From an uncultured Thermoleophilia bacterium (GTDB taxonomy: Bacteria > Actinomycetota > Thermoleophilia > UBA2241), in NCBI GenBank assembly GCA_963793605.1, contig CAWCAH010000003.1, forward strand, positions 95,534-159,533: DNA of 64,000 nt, read 5' to 3'. The notes beneath the pieces were generated by a model. The model worked only from the letters and a program-made list of their open reading frames with translations, was not told where the DNA came from and made no database searches. The position numbers and the translations under genes were made by a program. The number at the start of each line of letters is the position of its first letter. The first letter of the stretch is position 1. This document shows, piece after piece, positions 10,207-19,770 of the stretch.

Positions 10207-11306
10207 CCGCCGTCGCCGAGGCGCCCGCCGCCACGCAGAGCGCGCGCCAGACGTCCGCCATCGCCTACTACCCGGGTTGCTCCCTGCACGGCACCTCCCC
10301 GGAGTACGACGAGAGCCTGCGCGCCATCGCCCCCGCCATCGGCATCGCCCTGGCCGAGATCGCCGACTGGAGCTGCTGCGGAGCGAGCAGCGGCCACATC
10401 GTCAATCACGACCTGGCAGTGGCCCTGCCGGCGCGCAACCTCGCGCTCGCCGAGGCGCAGGGCTTCGACAAGGTCCTGGCGCCCTGCGCCGCCTGCTACA
10501 ACCGGCTGCTGGTCGCACACCAGACGCTGCAGGAGGACGCCGAGCTGGCCGGGCGCATGCCCGACATCCTCGGCCGCGACTTCGCCAACTCCGTCGACGT
10601 GCTCAGCGCGACGCAGTTGCTGCACGACGCGCGAGACGAGATCGCCGCGCGCGTCGCCGAGGGGCCCGTCGAGCGCAACCTGATGGGCGAGGTCAAGCTC
10701 GCCTCCTACTACGGCTGCCTGCTCGTGCGCCCGGCGTCGGTGGCCGGCGGCGACGACGTCGAGCAGCCGATGTTCATGGACGACGTGGTCGCCGCGTGCG
10801 GCGCCGATCCCGTCGACTGGAACATGAAGGTCGAGTGCTGCGGAGGCGCCTACGGCGTGAGCCGCACCTCCTCCGTCGTGCGGCTCGGCCGCGCGATCGT
10901 CGAGGACGCGCGCAGCAACGGCGCCGAGGCCATCGTCGTCGCCTGCCCGCTGTGCCAGACCAACCTGGACCTGCGGCAGAAGGCGATGGAGTCTCGCGGC
11001 GCCGCGCCGCTGCCCGTGCTCTTCATCACCGAGATCATCGGGCTGGCGCTGGGCGTCTCGCCCGACGAGCTCGGCATCAAGCGGCACTGGGTGGACGCGC
11101 AGCCGTGGCTGCGCGAGCTGCAGACGCGCGCGGACGAGCGTGCCGCCGCCGCGCGCAAGGCCGCCGAGGAGAAGGCCGCCAAGGCCGCCGCGCGGGCGGC
11201 CAAGGAGGCCGAGGCGGCCAAGAAGGCGGCCGCGCAAGGCCGAGCCCGAGGCAGCCGCCGCGGACGCAGGCTGCGACGCAAAAGCCGCGCCGGACGCCGG
11301 AGGTGA
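10203..11306 (+). CDS. hdrB: Heterodisulfide reductase subunit B (two CCG domains) with an Ala/Lys/Glu-rich C-terminal tail
   Basis: YYPGCSLHG...WSCCGAS and YYGCLLVRP...VECCGGA...ACPLCQTNLD are the duplicated CCG cysteine motifs. ATGA overlap with hdrC. The 3' end is uncertain (see finding at 11100-11313). Confidence 0.85.
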   Translation: MTAVAEAPAATQSARQTSAIAYYPGCSLHGTSPEYDESLRAIAPAIGIALAEIADWSCCGASSGHIVNHDLAVALPARNLALAEAQGFDKVLAPCAACYNRLLVAHQTLQEDAELAGRMPDILGRDFANSVDVLSATQLLHDARDEIAARVAEGPVERNLMGEVKLASYYGCLLVRPASVAGGDDVEQPMFMDDVVAACGADPVDWNMKVECCGGAYGVSRTSSVVRLGRAIVEDARSNGAEAIVVACPLCQTNLDLRQKAMESRGAAPLPVLFITEIIGLALGVSPDELGIKRHWVDAQPWLRELQTRADERAAAARKAAEEKAAKAAARAAKEAEAAKKAAAQGRARGSRRGRRLRRKSRAGRRR

Positions 11307-11309
11307 CGC

Positions 11310-13337
11310 ATGAGCCGCATCGGCGTCTTCGTCTGCCACTGCGGCGAGAACATCGCCCGCACCGTCGACTGCGCGGCCGTCGCCGAGGCCCTCAAGGACC
11401 ACCCCGGCGTCGCGCACTCCGAGGACTACAAGTACATGTGCTCGGACCCGGGTCAGGCCCTGGTCAAGAAGGCGATCGAGGAGAACAACCTCACCGGCGT
11501 CGTCATCGCCGCCTGCTCGCCGCACATGCACGAGAAGACCTTCCGCCGCGCGGTCGACCAGGCCGGCATGAACAAGTTCATGTGCGAGATGGCCAACATC
11601 CGCGAGCACTGCTCCTGGATCCACGAGGACAAGGAAGAGGCCACGGCCAAGGCCATCGACATCGGCCGCACGATCATCGAGAAGGTCAAGCACAACAAGC
11701 CGCTCGAGGTCATCAAGATCCCAGTGACCAAGCGCGCCATGGTCATCGGCGGCGGCATCGCCGGCATCCAGGCGGCGCTCGACATCGCCGACGGCGGTCA
11801 CGAGGTCGTGCTCATCGAGAAAGAGGCGTCCATCGGCGGCCACATGAGCCAGTTGAGCGAGACGTTCCCCACCCTCGACTGCTCGCAGTGCATCCTCACG
11901 CCGCGCATGGTCGAGGCGTACCAGCACCCCAACATCAAGCTCCACACCTGGAGCGAGGTCGAGAAGGTCGACGGCTACATCGGCAACTTCGAGGTCACCG
12001 TGCGCAAGAAGGCGCGCTCGGTGAACCAGGACCTCTGCAACGGCTGCGGCGACTGCATGGCCGTCTGCCCGTCCAAGAAGATCCCCAGCGAGTTCGACGC
12101 GGGGCTCAGCAACCGCACGGCGATCTACGTGCCGTTCCCGCAGGCGGTGCCCAACCAGCCGGTGCTCGACCGGCCCAACTGCAGCCTCTTCAAGGGCCGC
12201 GCCAAGGGCATCAAGAAGGACGCCTGCGGCAAGTGCAAAGAGGCCTGCCTCAAGGGCGCCATCGACTACGACACCGAGGACGAGTTCGTGAAGGAAGAGG
12301 TCGGGGCGATCGTCGTCGCCACCGGCTACAAGCTGTACGACATCGGCAAGGACCAGCCGGCCGGCCTCAAGGGCTACGGAGAGTACGGCTACGGCGAAGA
12401 CCCGGACATCATCGACGGCATGCAGTTCGAGCGCCTGGCATCGGCCAGCGGGCCGACGGCAGGCGCCATCCAGAGGCCGTCGGACGGCAAGGAGCCCAAG
12501 ACGGTGGTCTTCGTCCACTGCGTCGGCTCCCGCGACCCCGAGAAGGGCATGGCGTACTGCAGCAAGATCTGCTGCATGTACAACGCCAAGCACTCGATGC
12601 TGTACAAGCACAAGGTGCACGACGGGCGCGCGGTGGCCTTCTACATGGACATCCGCGCCAACGGCAAGGGCTACGACGAGTTCAGCCGCCGGGCGATCGA
12701 GGAGGACCGCGCCGAGTACATCCGCGGCCGCGTGAGCCGCATCTTCCGGGACGGCGACGTGCTCAAGGTGTGGGGCTTCGACACGCTGAGCGGCGAGCAG
12801 GTCGTCATCGACGCCGACATGGTGGTGCTGGCCACGGCCATCCGCCCCAACGACGGCGTCAAGGAGCTGGCACAGAAGCTCAGCTGCAGCGTCGACACCG
12901 ACGGGTTCATCAACGAGGCGCACCCCAAGCTGCGCCCCGTCGAGACCAACACCGCCGGCGTGTTCCTCGCCGGCGCCTGCCAGGCGCCGCGTGACATCCC
13001 GGACGCGGTGGCCATGGCCAGCGCCACCGGCGCCAAGGTCATGGCCCTGTTCAGCGCGGACGAGCTCGAGCGCGAGCCCGCCGTGGCCGTCGTCAACGAG
13101 CAGACCTGCATCGGTTGCATGCGCTGCGAGCTGGTGTGCCCCTACGGGGCCATCGAGCAGCGCGAGGTCTGCACCGTCGACGGCCAGGTCTGCGGCCACC
13201 TCGCCTACGTCAACCCGGGCGTGTGTCAGGGCTGCGGCACCTGCCAGGCCGTGTGTCTCAGCAAGAGCGTGGAGCTGCAGACGTTCACGGACGAGCAGAT
13301 CTTCAGTGAAATCCAAGCCCTCTGCGCGTGGGAGTGA
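11310..13337 (+). CDS. hdrA: Heterodisulfide reductase subunit A (FAD, Fe-S)
   Basis: 675 aa. N-terminal VFVCHCGENI cysteines, GGGIAGIQAALDIADGGHEVVLIEK dinucleotide fold, ferredoxin motifs CNGCGDCMAVCP and CIGCMRCELVCP, plus CQGCGTCQAVC. Confidence 0.93.
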   Translation: MSRIGVFVCHCGENIARTVDCAAVAEALKDHPGVAHSEDYKYMCSDPGQALVKKAIEENNLTGVVIAACSPHMHEKTFRRAVDQAGMNKFMCEMANIREHCSWIHEDKEEATAKAIDIGRTIIEKVKHNKPLEVIKIPVTKRAMVIGGGIAGIQAALDIADGGHEVVLIEKEASIGGHMSQLSETFPTLDCSQCILTPRMVEAYQHPNIKLHTWSEVEKVDGYIGNFEVTVRKKARSVNQDLCNGCGDCMAVCPSKKIPSEFDAGLSNRTAIYVPFPQAVPNQPVLDRPNCSLFKGRAKGIKKDACGKCKEACLKGAIDYDTEDEFVKEEVGAIVVATGYKLYDIGKDQPAGLKGYGEYGYGEDPDIIDGMQFERLASASGPTAGAIQRPSDGKEPKTVVFVHCVGSRDPEKGMAYCSKICCMYNAKHSMLYKHKVHDGRAVAFYMDIRANGKGYDEFSRRAIEEDRAEYIRGRVSRIFRDGDVLKVWGFDTLSGEQVVIDADMVVLATAIRPNDGVKELAQKLSCSVDTDGFINEAHPKLRPVETNTAGVFLAGACQAPRDIPDAVAMASATGAKVMALFSADELEREPAVAVVNEQTCIGCMRCELVCPYGAIEQREVCTVDGQVCGHLAYVNPGVCQGCGTCQAVCLSKSVELQTFTDEQIFSEIQALCAWE

Positions 13338-13339
13338 CG

Positions 13340-13846
13340 ATGACCGACTTCGAACCGCGCATCACCGCCTTCGTCTGCAACTGGTGCACCTACACCGGCG
13401 CCGACCTCGCCGGCACCAGCCGCCTGCACATGGCGAGCAACGTGCGCATCATCCGGCTGCCCTGCACGGGCCGCATCGACCCGCTGTTCATCGTCAAGGC
13501 GTTCGAGCGCGGCGCCGACGGCGTCATCGTCAGCGGCTGCCACCCGGCCGACTGCCACTACACGTCGGGCAACTACCACGCCCGGCGGCGGTTCGCCGTG
13601 TTCCACGACATCATGGAGTTCCTCGGCGTCGACCCGCGGCGCATGACCTTCAGCTGGGTCTCCGCCAGCGAGGGCGCCAAGTGGAAGGACGTCGTCAACG
13701 AGGCCGTGGCCAACGTCCGCGAGCTCGGGCCGTTCGAGGCGTACCGGGCGCTGGCGCCCGACGCCGTGGAGCCGTGGCCGGCCGCCACCGACGGCCTGGC
13801 GGCAGCCGGCGTCCCGGCTCCCGCCACCGAGGAGGTGGCGTCATGA
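13340..13846 (+). CDS. mvhD: MvhD/FlxD-like methyl-viologen-reducing hydrogenase delta subunit homolog
   Basis: ITAFVCNWCTY...IRLPCTGRIDPLFIVKAFERGADGVIVSGCHPADCHY is the MvhD signature. Lies immediately after hdrA. Confidence 0.88.
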   Translation: MTDFEPRITAFVCNWCTYTGADLAGTSRLHMASNVRIIRLPCTGRIDPLFIVKAFERGADGVIVSGCHPADCHYTSGNYHARRRFAVFHDIMEFLGVDPRRMTFSWVSASEGAKWKDVVNEAVANVRELGPFEAYRALAPDAVEPWPAATDGLAAAGVPAPATEEVAS

Positions 13847-14760
13847 CGGAAGTCGCCATCGCCCCGGCCTACGCCGGCGTCGAAGACCTCCGGCGCGTCG
13901 CCGCCGAGCTGCTCGAGAAGGGCGAGGTCCGCGTCATCGTCGGCTGGGAGGACGCCCGCAGGGGCGCCCGGCCGGTCTTCGTGACCGACCCGGCCCAGAC
14001 CGACAAGCTCATCTTCGACACGCGCTGTGTGCACAACCTCGTGACGTACCTGAACCCGCGCCGCGACCACGTCTCCGAGTTGGGCAAGATCGGGCTGGTC
14101 GTCAAGGGCTGTGACGTCAAGGCCGTCGCGGGGCTGCTGCGCGAGGCGCAGCTCGGCCGCGACCACGTGGTGCTCATCGGCGTGCGCTGCGGCGGCGTGC
14201 TCGAGGAGAACGAGCTCCCCGAGCCGCTGGCGCTCACGCCCGAGAACGTCGCGCCGCGCTGCTACGGCTGCGACAACCGCGAGCCGGCCCTGACGGACCA
14301 CCTCGTCGGCGAGTCGCAGCCGGAGCCCCCGCGGCCGGTCATGACCATCGACGAACGGGTCGCCGCCCTCGACGGTCAGTCGCTGGAGGAGCGCTGGGCG
14401 TTCTGGACCGACCAGTTCAGCAAGTGCGTGCGCTGCTACGCCTGCCGCCAGGTCTGCCCGCTGTGTATCTGCGAGCGCTGCATCGTCGAGAAGACGCAGC
14501 CGCAGTGGATCGACGCGTCCGCCCACCCGCGCGGCAACTTCAGCTGGAACCTCACGCGGGCCATCCACCTCGCCGGGCGCTGTGTGGACTGCGGCGAGTG
14601 CGAGCGCTTCTGCCCCGTCGGCATCCCGCTGAGCCTCCTCAACAAGAAGCTCCAGCACATCGTCAAGGAGCGCTACGACTACACCGTCTCCGATGACCCC
14701 GAGGTCCCGGCGCCGATCGGCGACTACCGCCTCGACGACCAGCAGGAGTTCATCAAGTGA
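13843..14760 (+). CDS. 4Fe-4S cluster protein, FlxC-like
   Basis: ATGA overlap with mvhD. Cysteine motifs CVRCYACRQVCPLCIC and CVDCGECERFCPVG. Confidence 0.7.
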   Translation: MTEVAIAPAYAGVEDLRRVAAELLEKGEVRVIVGWEDARRGARPVFVTDPAQTDKLIFDTRCVHNLVTYLNPRRDHVSELGKIGLVVKGCDVKAVAGLLREAQLGRDHVVLIGVRCGGVLEENELPEPLALTPENVAPRCYGCDNREPALTDHLVGESQPEPPRPVMTIDERVAALDGQSLEERWAFWTDQFSKCVRCYACRQVCPLCICERCIVEKTQPQWIDASAHPRGNFSWNLTRAIHLAGRCVDCGECERFCPVGIPLSLLNKKLQHIVKERYDYTVSDDPEVPAPIGDYRLDDQQEFIK

Positions 14761-15901
14761 GTACCTCCGCTCCTTCATCTCAGAGAGCGACCTGCGCGGG
14801 CTCGCCGCCGACCTGCTCGGCGCGGGCACCGGCGTCGTCGCGCCCGTCGCCACCGACATCTGCCAGTCGCCGGCGGCCGTCGCCGCCACGGCCTGCAGCC
14901 TCGACCACTCGCTGGTCACCATCGACTACAGCGCCATCACCTCGGCCGACGAGATGGACCTCTCGCGCGCTCTGCCGCAGCTCTCGCTCAAGCAGTTCTT
15001 CCTGCCCGAGCACGAGGCGCTGTGCCGCTGGAAGCAGAGGGGCACCACGTTCGAGGTCGAGGAAGTGCCGACCGAGTTCGCCCCGCGCGTCGTCCTGGGC
15101 GCCAAGCCCTGCGACGCGGCCGCGCTCGCGGTCGTCGACAAGGTCATGAACTGGGACTACGAGGACGAGCTGTGGAACGGCCGCCGCGCCGCCACGACGG
15201 TCATCAACCTCACCTGCCCCATGATCGACGACAGCTGCTTCTGCACGGCCGTCGGGGCGGCGCCGGACGACGTCAAGGGCGCCGACGGCCTGCTCACGCC
15301 GGTCGACGGCGGCTACGTGTACGAGCCGGCGACCGACAAGGGCAAGGCCCTGGTCGAAGGCCACAAGGCGCGCTTCACCGCCGACGTGCCGGCCGACACC
15401 CTCGGCCGCCAGGCCGACGACGAGCGGGCGGCGGCGCGCGAGCGCGTCGCCGGCAACCTGGAGATCGACGCGGCCAGCGTGCGCGACTGGATCGACACGC
15501 ACTTCGAGGACCCGCTCCTGACGCAGCTCGCCATGCGCTGCAACGGCTGCGGCGCCTGCACGGGCGTCTGCCCCACCTGCCACTGCTTCGACATCGTGGA
15601 CGAGGAGGAGGGCGTCGGCCGCGGCACCCGCCGGCGCTGCTGGGACACCTGCCAGTCGCCGGTGTTCACGCTGCACGCCAGCGGTCACAACCCGCGCGAC
15701 AACCAGCACGTGCGCTACCGCCAGCGCATCAACCACAAGTTCGCCGTGTACCCGCTCAAGTTCGGCGAAGTGCTCTGCACCGGCTGCGGCCGCTGCACCC
15801 GGGTGTGTCACGCGGGTCAGGACCTCGTCGAGATCCTGCAGGCCATCGACATCGCCGCCCGCCGACCCCGAGACGCCGAGCCCGCGGAGGCCGCCTCGTG
15901 A
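14693..15901 (+). CDS. AsrA/FlxB-like 4Fe-4S protein; start uncertain
   Basis: CNGCGACTGVCPTCHCFD and CTGCGRCTRVCHAG motifs. The conserved N-terminus seems to begin near 14762 (YLRSFISESDLRGL). The only in-frame ATG is 14693, which gives a 68-nt overlap. GTG 14757 would fit if one base were missing. Confidence 0.65.
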   Translation: MTPRSRRRSATTASTTSRSSSSEYLRSFISESDLRGLAADLLGAGTGVVAPVATDICQSPAAVAATACSLDHSLVTIDYSAITSADEMDLSRALPQLSLKQFFLPEHEALCRWKQRGTTFEVEEVPTEFAPRVVLGAKPCDAAALAVVDKVMNWDYEDELWNGRRAATTVINLTCPMIDDSCFCTAVGAAPDDVKGADGLLTPVDGGYVYEPATDKGKALVEGHKARFTADVPADTLGRQADDERAAARERVAGNLEIDAASVRDWIDTHFEDPLLTQLAMRCNGCGACTGVCPTCHCFDIVDEEEGVGRGTRRRCWDTCQSPVFTLHASGHNPRDNQHVRYRQRINHKFAVYPLKFGEVLCTGCGRCTRVCHAGQDLVEILQAIDIAARRPRDAEPAEAAS

Positions 15902-16729
15902 ACATCTACCAGCCACTGCTCACCACCGTCGCCGAGATGGTGGACGAGACCTCCGACACGCGCACGCTGAAGCTCGAGTTCCAGGACGACGCCGTGCGCG
16001 AGAGCTTCAACTTCAAGGCCGGCCAGTTCGGCGAGTACGGCGTGTTCGGCGCCGGCGAGAGCACGTTCTGCATCGCCAGCTCGCCGACGCGCGAGGGCTA
16101 CATCGAGTGCAGCTTCAAGAGCATCGGCAAGGTGACGAGCGCCCTGCGCGAGGTCAACGTCGGCGACACCGTCGGCTTCCGCGGCCCCTACGGCAACTGG
16201 TTCCCCGTGGACGACTGGAAGGGCAAGGACGTCGTGTTCGTCGCCGGCGGCATCGGCCTGGCGCCGGTCCGCTGCGTGATCTGGAACGTCCTGGACCGGC
16301 GCGACGAGTTCGGCGACGTCACTATCGTCTACGGCGCCCGCTCCGTCGACGACCTGGTGTACAAGCGCGAGCTGGAGGAGTGGGGCTCGCGCCCGGACGT
16401 CAAGATGGTCAGCACGGTCGACCCCGGCGGCGAGACCAAGGACTGGAAGGGCGAGGTCGGCTACGTCACGCCCATCGTGGAGAAGACGGCGCCGAAGGCC
16501 GACAACGCCGTCGCCGTGCTCTGCGGGCCGCCGATCGTCGATCAAGCTCACGATGCCGGTGCTGGAGAAGCTCGGGTTCGCCGACGACGCGATCTTCACC
16601 ACCCTCGAGAACCGCATGAAGTGCGGGCTCGGCAAGTGCGGCCGCTGCAACATCGGCCCCGTGTACGTCTGCAAGGACGGGCCCGTCTTCACCGCCGCCC
16701 AGATGAAGGAACTGCCGCCGGAGTTCTGA
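15898..16729 (+). CDS. FAD/NAD(P)-binding 2Fe-2S oxidoreductase (AsrB/FlxA/PyrK-like); one frame break near 16540
   Basis: GTGA overlap with the previous gene. FNFKAGQFGEY...GPYGNWF...VFVAGGIGLAPV is a ferredoxin-reductase fold. After ...AVLCGPPIV the frame changes. The protein continues IKLTMPVLEKLGF...RMKCGLGKCGRCNIGPVYVCKDGPVF (2Fe-2S motif) to the TGA at 16727-16729. Confidence 0.75.
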
Positions 16730-16767
16730 GCCGGACGCTCCGGCGCCTCGGCGCTGACCTCAAAACG

Positions 16768-16806
16768 GCGATGCGGCCGGCAGCCTCTCGGCGCCGGCCG
16801 CATCGC
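16768..16806 (+). terminator. GC-rich hairpin after the hdr/flx cluster
   Basis: GCGATGCGGCCGGC-(11 nt)-GCCGGCCGCATCGC forms a 14-bp perfect stem, 39 nt after the flxA-like stop. There is no clear T-tract. Confidence 0.5.
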
Positions 16807-16859
16807 GTTAGGTGAAGGCTATCGCCCGGCGCCTTCTCTGACGACCGCAAGGGCGTCCG

Positions 16860-17030
16860 TCACTGCAGCTCCTCCGGAGTCGCGTCAGGGAAGCGCCGAC
16901 TGATGCCGGCCCGGAGCAGCTCTCGGGGCTGCTCGGTGAGCTCGAACGCCTTGAGCAGTCGCTGCTCGGGGGTCATGCCGTGCAGCGCCGCCAGGTAGCG
17001 CTCGTGGTTCGGATGAGGCTTTGGGTCCAT
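16860..17030 (-). CDS. Small hypothetical protein (56 aa)
   Basis: Internal ATG of track ORF 16860..17138 (MDPKPHPNHERYLAALHGMTPEQRLLKAFELTEQPREL...). No recognisable family. Confidence 0.3.
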   Translation of the reverse strand: MDPKPHPNHERYLAALHGMTPEQRLLKAFELTEQPRELLRAGISRRFPDATPEELQ

Positions 17031-17140
17031 GCAGGCAGGATAGCACCCAGGTCGGACACCCGGGACGAGAGGCCGGCTTCTTCGCGCGCAGCATCGAGAA
17101 GCCGGCCTCCTCCTCGCCAGGGTGCCGGGAACCGCCACCG

Positions 17141-17551
17141 TCAGTGCGACTTGTGCACCCCGATGCGGTTGCCCTCCGTATCCTTGAAGAACCCGATCCA
17201 GCCGACCATCTCGCCCATGTCCTGCAACGGGCTGAGGACCTCGCCGCCGGCGTCGGCCGCCCGCTGGAGCATGCCCTCCGGGTCTTGGTCGGCGTTCAGG
17301 TAGATCTGGCAGCCGTCCATGCTCGGCCTCATGCTCTCGGTCTTCACGAGGTCGAACGCGACCGGCATGGGGCCATCGGGCGCCCCGCCCTCGGGCGCGC
17401 CCTCACCCGGCGGCTCGTCGGGGCCCGGCAGGGCGACTCCATCCATGCCGGGGATCGTGATGAACTCACGCTGCAGCACCGCGCCGTAGAACTTCATCGC
17501 GCGGTCGAGATCGGTCACCGGGATGTCGGCCCAGACGATCAGGTTGTCCAT
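17141..17551 (-). CDS. VOC/glyoxalase family protein
   Basis: MDNLIVWADIPVTDLDRAMKFYGAVL...GWIGFFKDTEGNRIGVH is a typical glyoxalase/bleomycin-resistance fold. Confidence 0.75.
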   Translation of the reverse strand: MDNLIVWADIPVTDLDRAMKFYGAVLQREFITIPGMDGVALPGPDEPPGEGAPEGGAPDGPMPVAFDLVKTESMRPSMDGCQIYLNADQDPEGMLQRAADAGGEVLSPLQDMGEMVGWIGFFKDTEGNRIGVHKSH

Positions 17552-17698
17552 CGTCGTCTCCTCACGTCGTCGGCGCCGCTGTGGGCGCGGCGCATGTGAG
17601 GGAGGTACCCGGAGAGGCCCGCTCCACACCCGTGAGGCGCCGACCGGGAGTTGACGCCCGTCAATGGTGTCTCGGCGTGGCGCTCCCATACTGTGCAG

Positions 17699-18112
17699 GT
17701 GACCCGCATCAAGCCGAGACTCCTCCTGGCCTGCGGCTGGGCCTCGCTCGGGCTCGGAGCCGCGGGCCTCGTGCTGCCGGTGCTGCCGACGGTGCCGTTC
17801 GTGCTGCTGGCGGCGGCGTGCTTCCTGCGTGGCTCGGAGAGGCACTACCGCTGGCTGGTCTCTCACCCCGTCTTCGGACCGCACATCAGCGACTACCTTG
17901 CCGGCAAGGGGCTCCGCCCGCGGGCGAAGGTCACCGCGCTCGTCACGCTCTGGGCGAGCGTGCTGCTGAGCGTCATCGTCTTCATCCCGCTCCTGGCGGC
18001 GGACGTAGTGGTGCTCGCCGTCGCGGCGGCGGTCAGCATCTACATCCTCCGGCTCCCGACCAACCGAAGCGGGCGCGGGGAGGCGACGGAAGACGACCGG
18101 CGCCGAGGCTGA
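17699..18112 (+). CDS. DUF454 (YbaN-like) inner membrane protein
   Basis: LGLGAAGLVLPVLPTVPFVLLAAACFLRGSERHYRWLVSHPVFGPHISDY matches the YbaN family. GTG 17699 chosen; ATG 17651 is an in-frame alternative. Confidence 0.7.
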   Translation: MTRIKPRLLLACGWASLGLGAAGLVLPVLPTVPFVLLAAACFLRGSERHYRWLVSHPVFGPHISDYLAGKGLRPRAKVTALVTLWASVLLSVIVFIPLLAADVVVLAVAAAVSIYILRLPTNRSGRGEATEDDRRRG

Positions 18113-18189
18113 CCGGACGGCGATCCGGCACGGACGCGAAGGCGCGGCCGCGCGAGCGCCGCACGTGGCGCTGCGATAGAGTCCGGCTC

Positions 18190-18651
18190 ATGAGAGGCTC
18201 GCCTCCCGATCGGACACGGACGCTCGTCCGCCTCGTCCTCGCGTCGCTCACGGCGGTGCTGGTGGCTGCCGCGATGCTCGGCATCGCGGCCTGCGGCTCG
18301 TCGGACGGCGACGCCGGGCAAGCCTCGCCGGCGCCGGTCAAGAGCGAGATCACCAGGTGGATGCCCAAGGACGCCTCGGCCGAGCCGCCCTGGAACGGCC
18401 GCTTCGTCCAGGTCAACGTGCGCGTTGCCAAGCCCGGCGCGATGGACCCCGCCGACTGGCGCGTGTTCGTCAACGGCAAGGAGCCGGAGCTGGAGAAGCC
18501 GCCGAGCATCCTGCCGTTCTCGCCCAGCGAGGCGACCGTCGCGTTCGTGTTCAGCGCTCCCTACGGCGACCTCGGCACCTACGAGTTCCGCGTGGTGTAC
18601 GCGCCCAAGGGCGGGCCGAAGGTCCAGCGGTCCTGGGAGTACAAGTGGTGA
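18190..18651 (+). CDS. Lipoprotein of unknown function
   Basis: Signal peptide with lipobox (LVAAAMLGIAACGSS). Confidence 0.6.
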   Translation: MRGSPPDRTRTLVRLVLASLTAVLVAAAMLGIAACGSSDGDAGQASPAPVKSEITRWMPKDASAEPPWNGRFVQVNVRVAKPGAMDPADWRVFVNGKEPELEKPPSILPFSPSEATVAFVFSAPYGDLGTYEFRVVYAPKGGPKVQRSWEYKW

Positions 18652-18688
18652 AGGCCGGCGCGCGGTCGTACCGCCGGCCCCAGCGGCT

Positions 18689-19561
18689 CTAGCTGCTCCG
18701 GCGGAGCGCCCGCCCGATGAACCTCGCCTCGGCGGGCGCCACCGTGTGGAAGAAGTCGTAGTCGTGGCCGCCGCCGCCGTAGTGGACGGACGCCGGCTCG
18801 GGCAGGGCGGCCTTCAGATAGGTCACGTAGCCGTAGAACGGGTCCTGCTTGCCGCAGTCGATGCGCACGGCACGCCGGCCAGTCGGTCGGCGTGCGCGAT
18901 GACGTCGTGCTCGGCGAAGTCGGCCGCGTCGTCGAAGGCGTCGCGCGGCCCCAGCATCATCGCGTCGTAGCTGGTCCACACCGCGGGCCCGCGGCGACCA
19001 CGGCGTCGAACAGCTTCGGCTGCGTCTCCGCCGCCAGCAGTGCGCCGTACCCGCCCATGGACCAGCCGATGATCGCGCGCCCGCGCCCGCCGCCGCCGAG
19101 CTTGTAAGCGGCGGGCGCACAGCGGGACCAGCTCCTCCAGCAGCATGCTGAGCCGGTCCTCGCCGGTCTTGCGCCGGTGCCAGTACGAGATGCCGCCGTC
19201 CACGCCGACCACGGCGTACGGCGGCGACTCGCCCTTCGCACCGCCGCCGCCACGAAGTCGGCGAAGCCCATCGGCGGGTCGCCGCCTCGGCCGGGCAGCG
19301 CGAAGCAGACGGGGAGCGGGTCGCCCGGCGCCGATCCCGGCGGCCAGGCGATGCTGTAGTCCACCGGCTCGTCGACGTACCGGGAGTCCAGCCGGAAGTC
19401 ACGCCGGGTGACGCGCGTCGCGCCGGGGACGTCCACGCCGACCGCGTCCCCGGCGGCGCCGAGCCAGTCCCTCCACGGCGCCGCCCGCCACGCGATGCCG
19501 CCGACCGACCAGCACCGCGGCGCGCGAGGCCGCCGCCGACAAGGAAGCCGCGGCGCGTCAT
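18689..19561 (-). pseudogene. Tat-signal alpha/beta-hydrolase (esterase D / mycolyltransferase-like), about 5 frame changes
   Basis: Conserved pieces are scattered over three minus frames: MTRRGFLVGGG; RDFRLDSRYVDEPVDYSIAWPPG...LPVCFALPGRGGD; VGVDGGISYWH...MLLEELVPL; AIIGWSMGGYGALLAAETQPKLF; WTSYDAMM...AEHDVIAHADRL; RIDCGKQDPFYGY...GGGHDYDFF. TAG stop. Confidence 0.6.
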
Positions 19562-19770
19562 GCCGGCTTGGCCGGCTCCGGCCGGCCAGCAGCCGGCCCG
19601 CCGGCCACACCTCGAGGTCGTGCCGCATGAGCTCGCGCGTGCCGTCCACGGGCCCCATCGTAGTCGCCGCCGCCGCGCGGCGGCGACCGTCGCGCGCCGG
19701 CTCGGGGCAGACTCCGGCGCCCGGCTGTCGTACCATCAGGCCACCGGCGCGCGAGCGAGAGGAGCCGAGA

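Noticed and set aside
9735-13316. 1193-aa minus-strand ORF covering hdrC-hdrB-hdrA, with similar giant ORFs at 10277..12994 (+), 31927..34176 (-), 40449..42308 (-) and 33717..35468 (-)
   Set aside because: They are antisense or out of frame to genes with clear family motifs. Their translations are Arg/Ala/Gly/Asp-rich low-complexity strings, typical of stop-codon-poor alternative frames in very GC-rich DNA.
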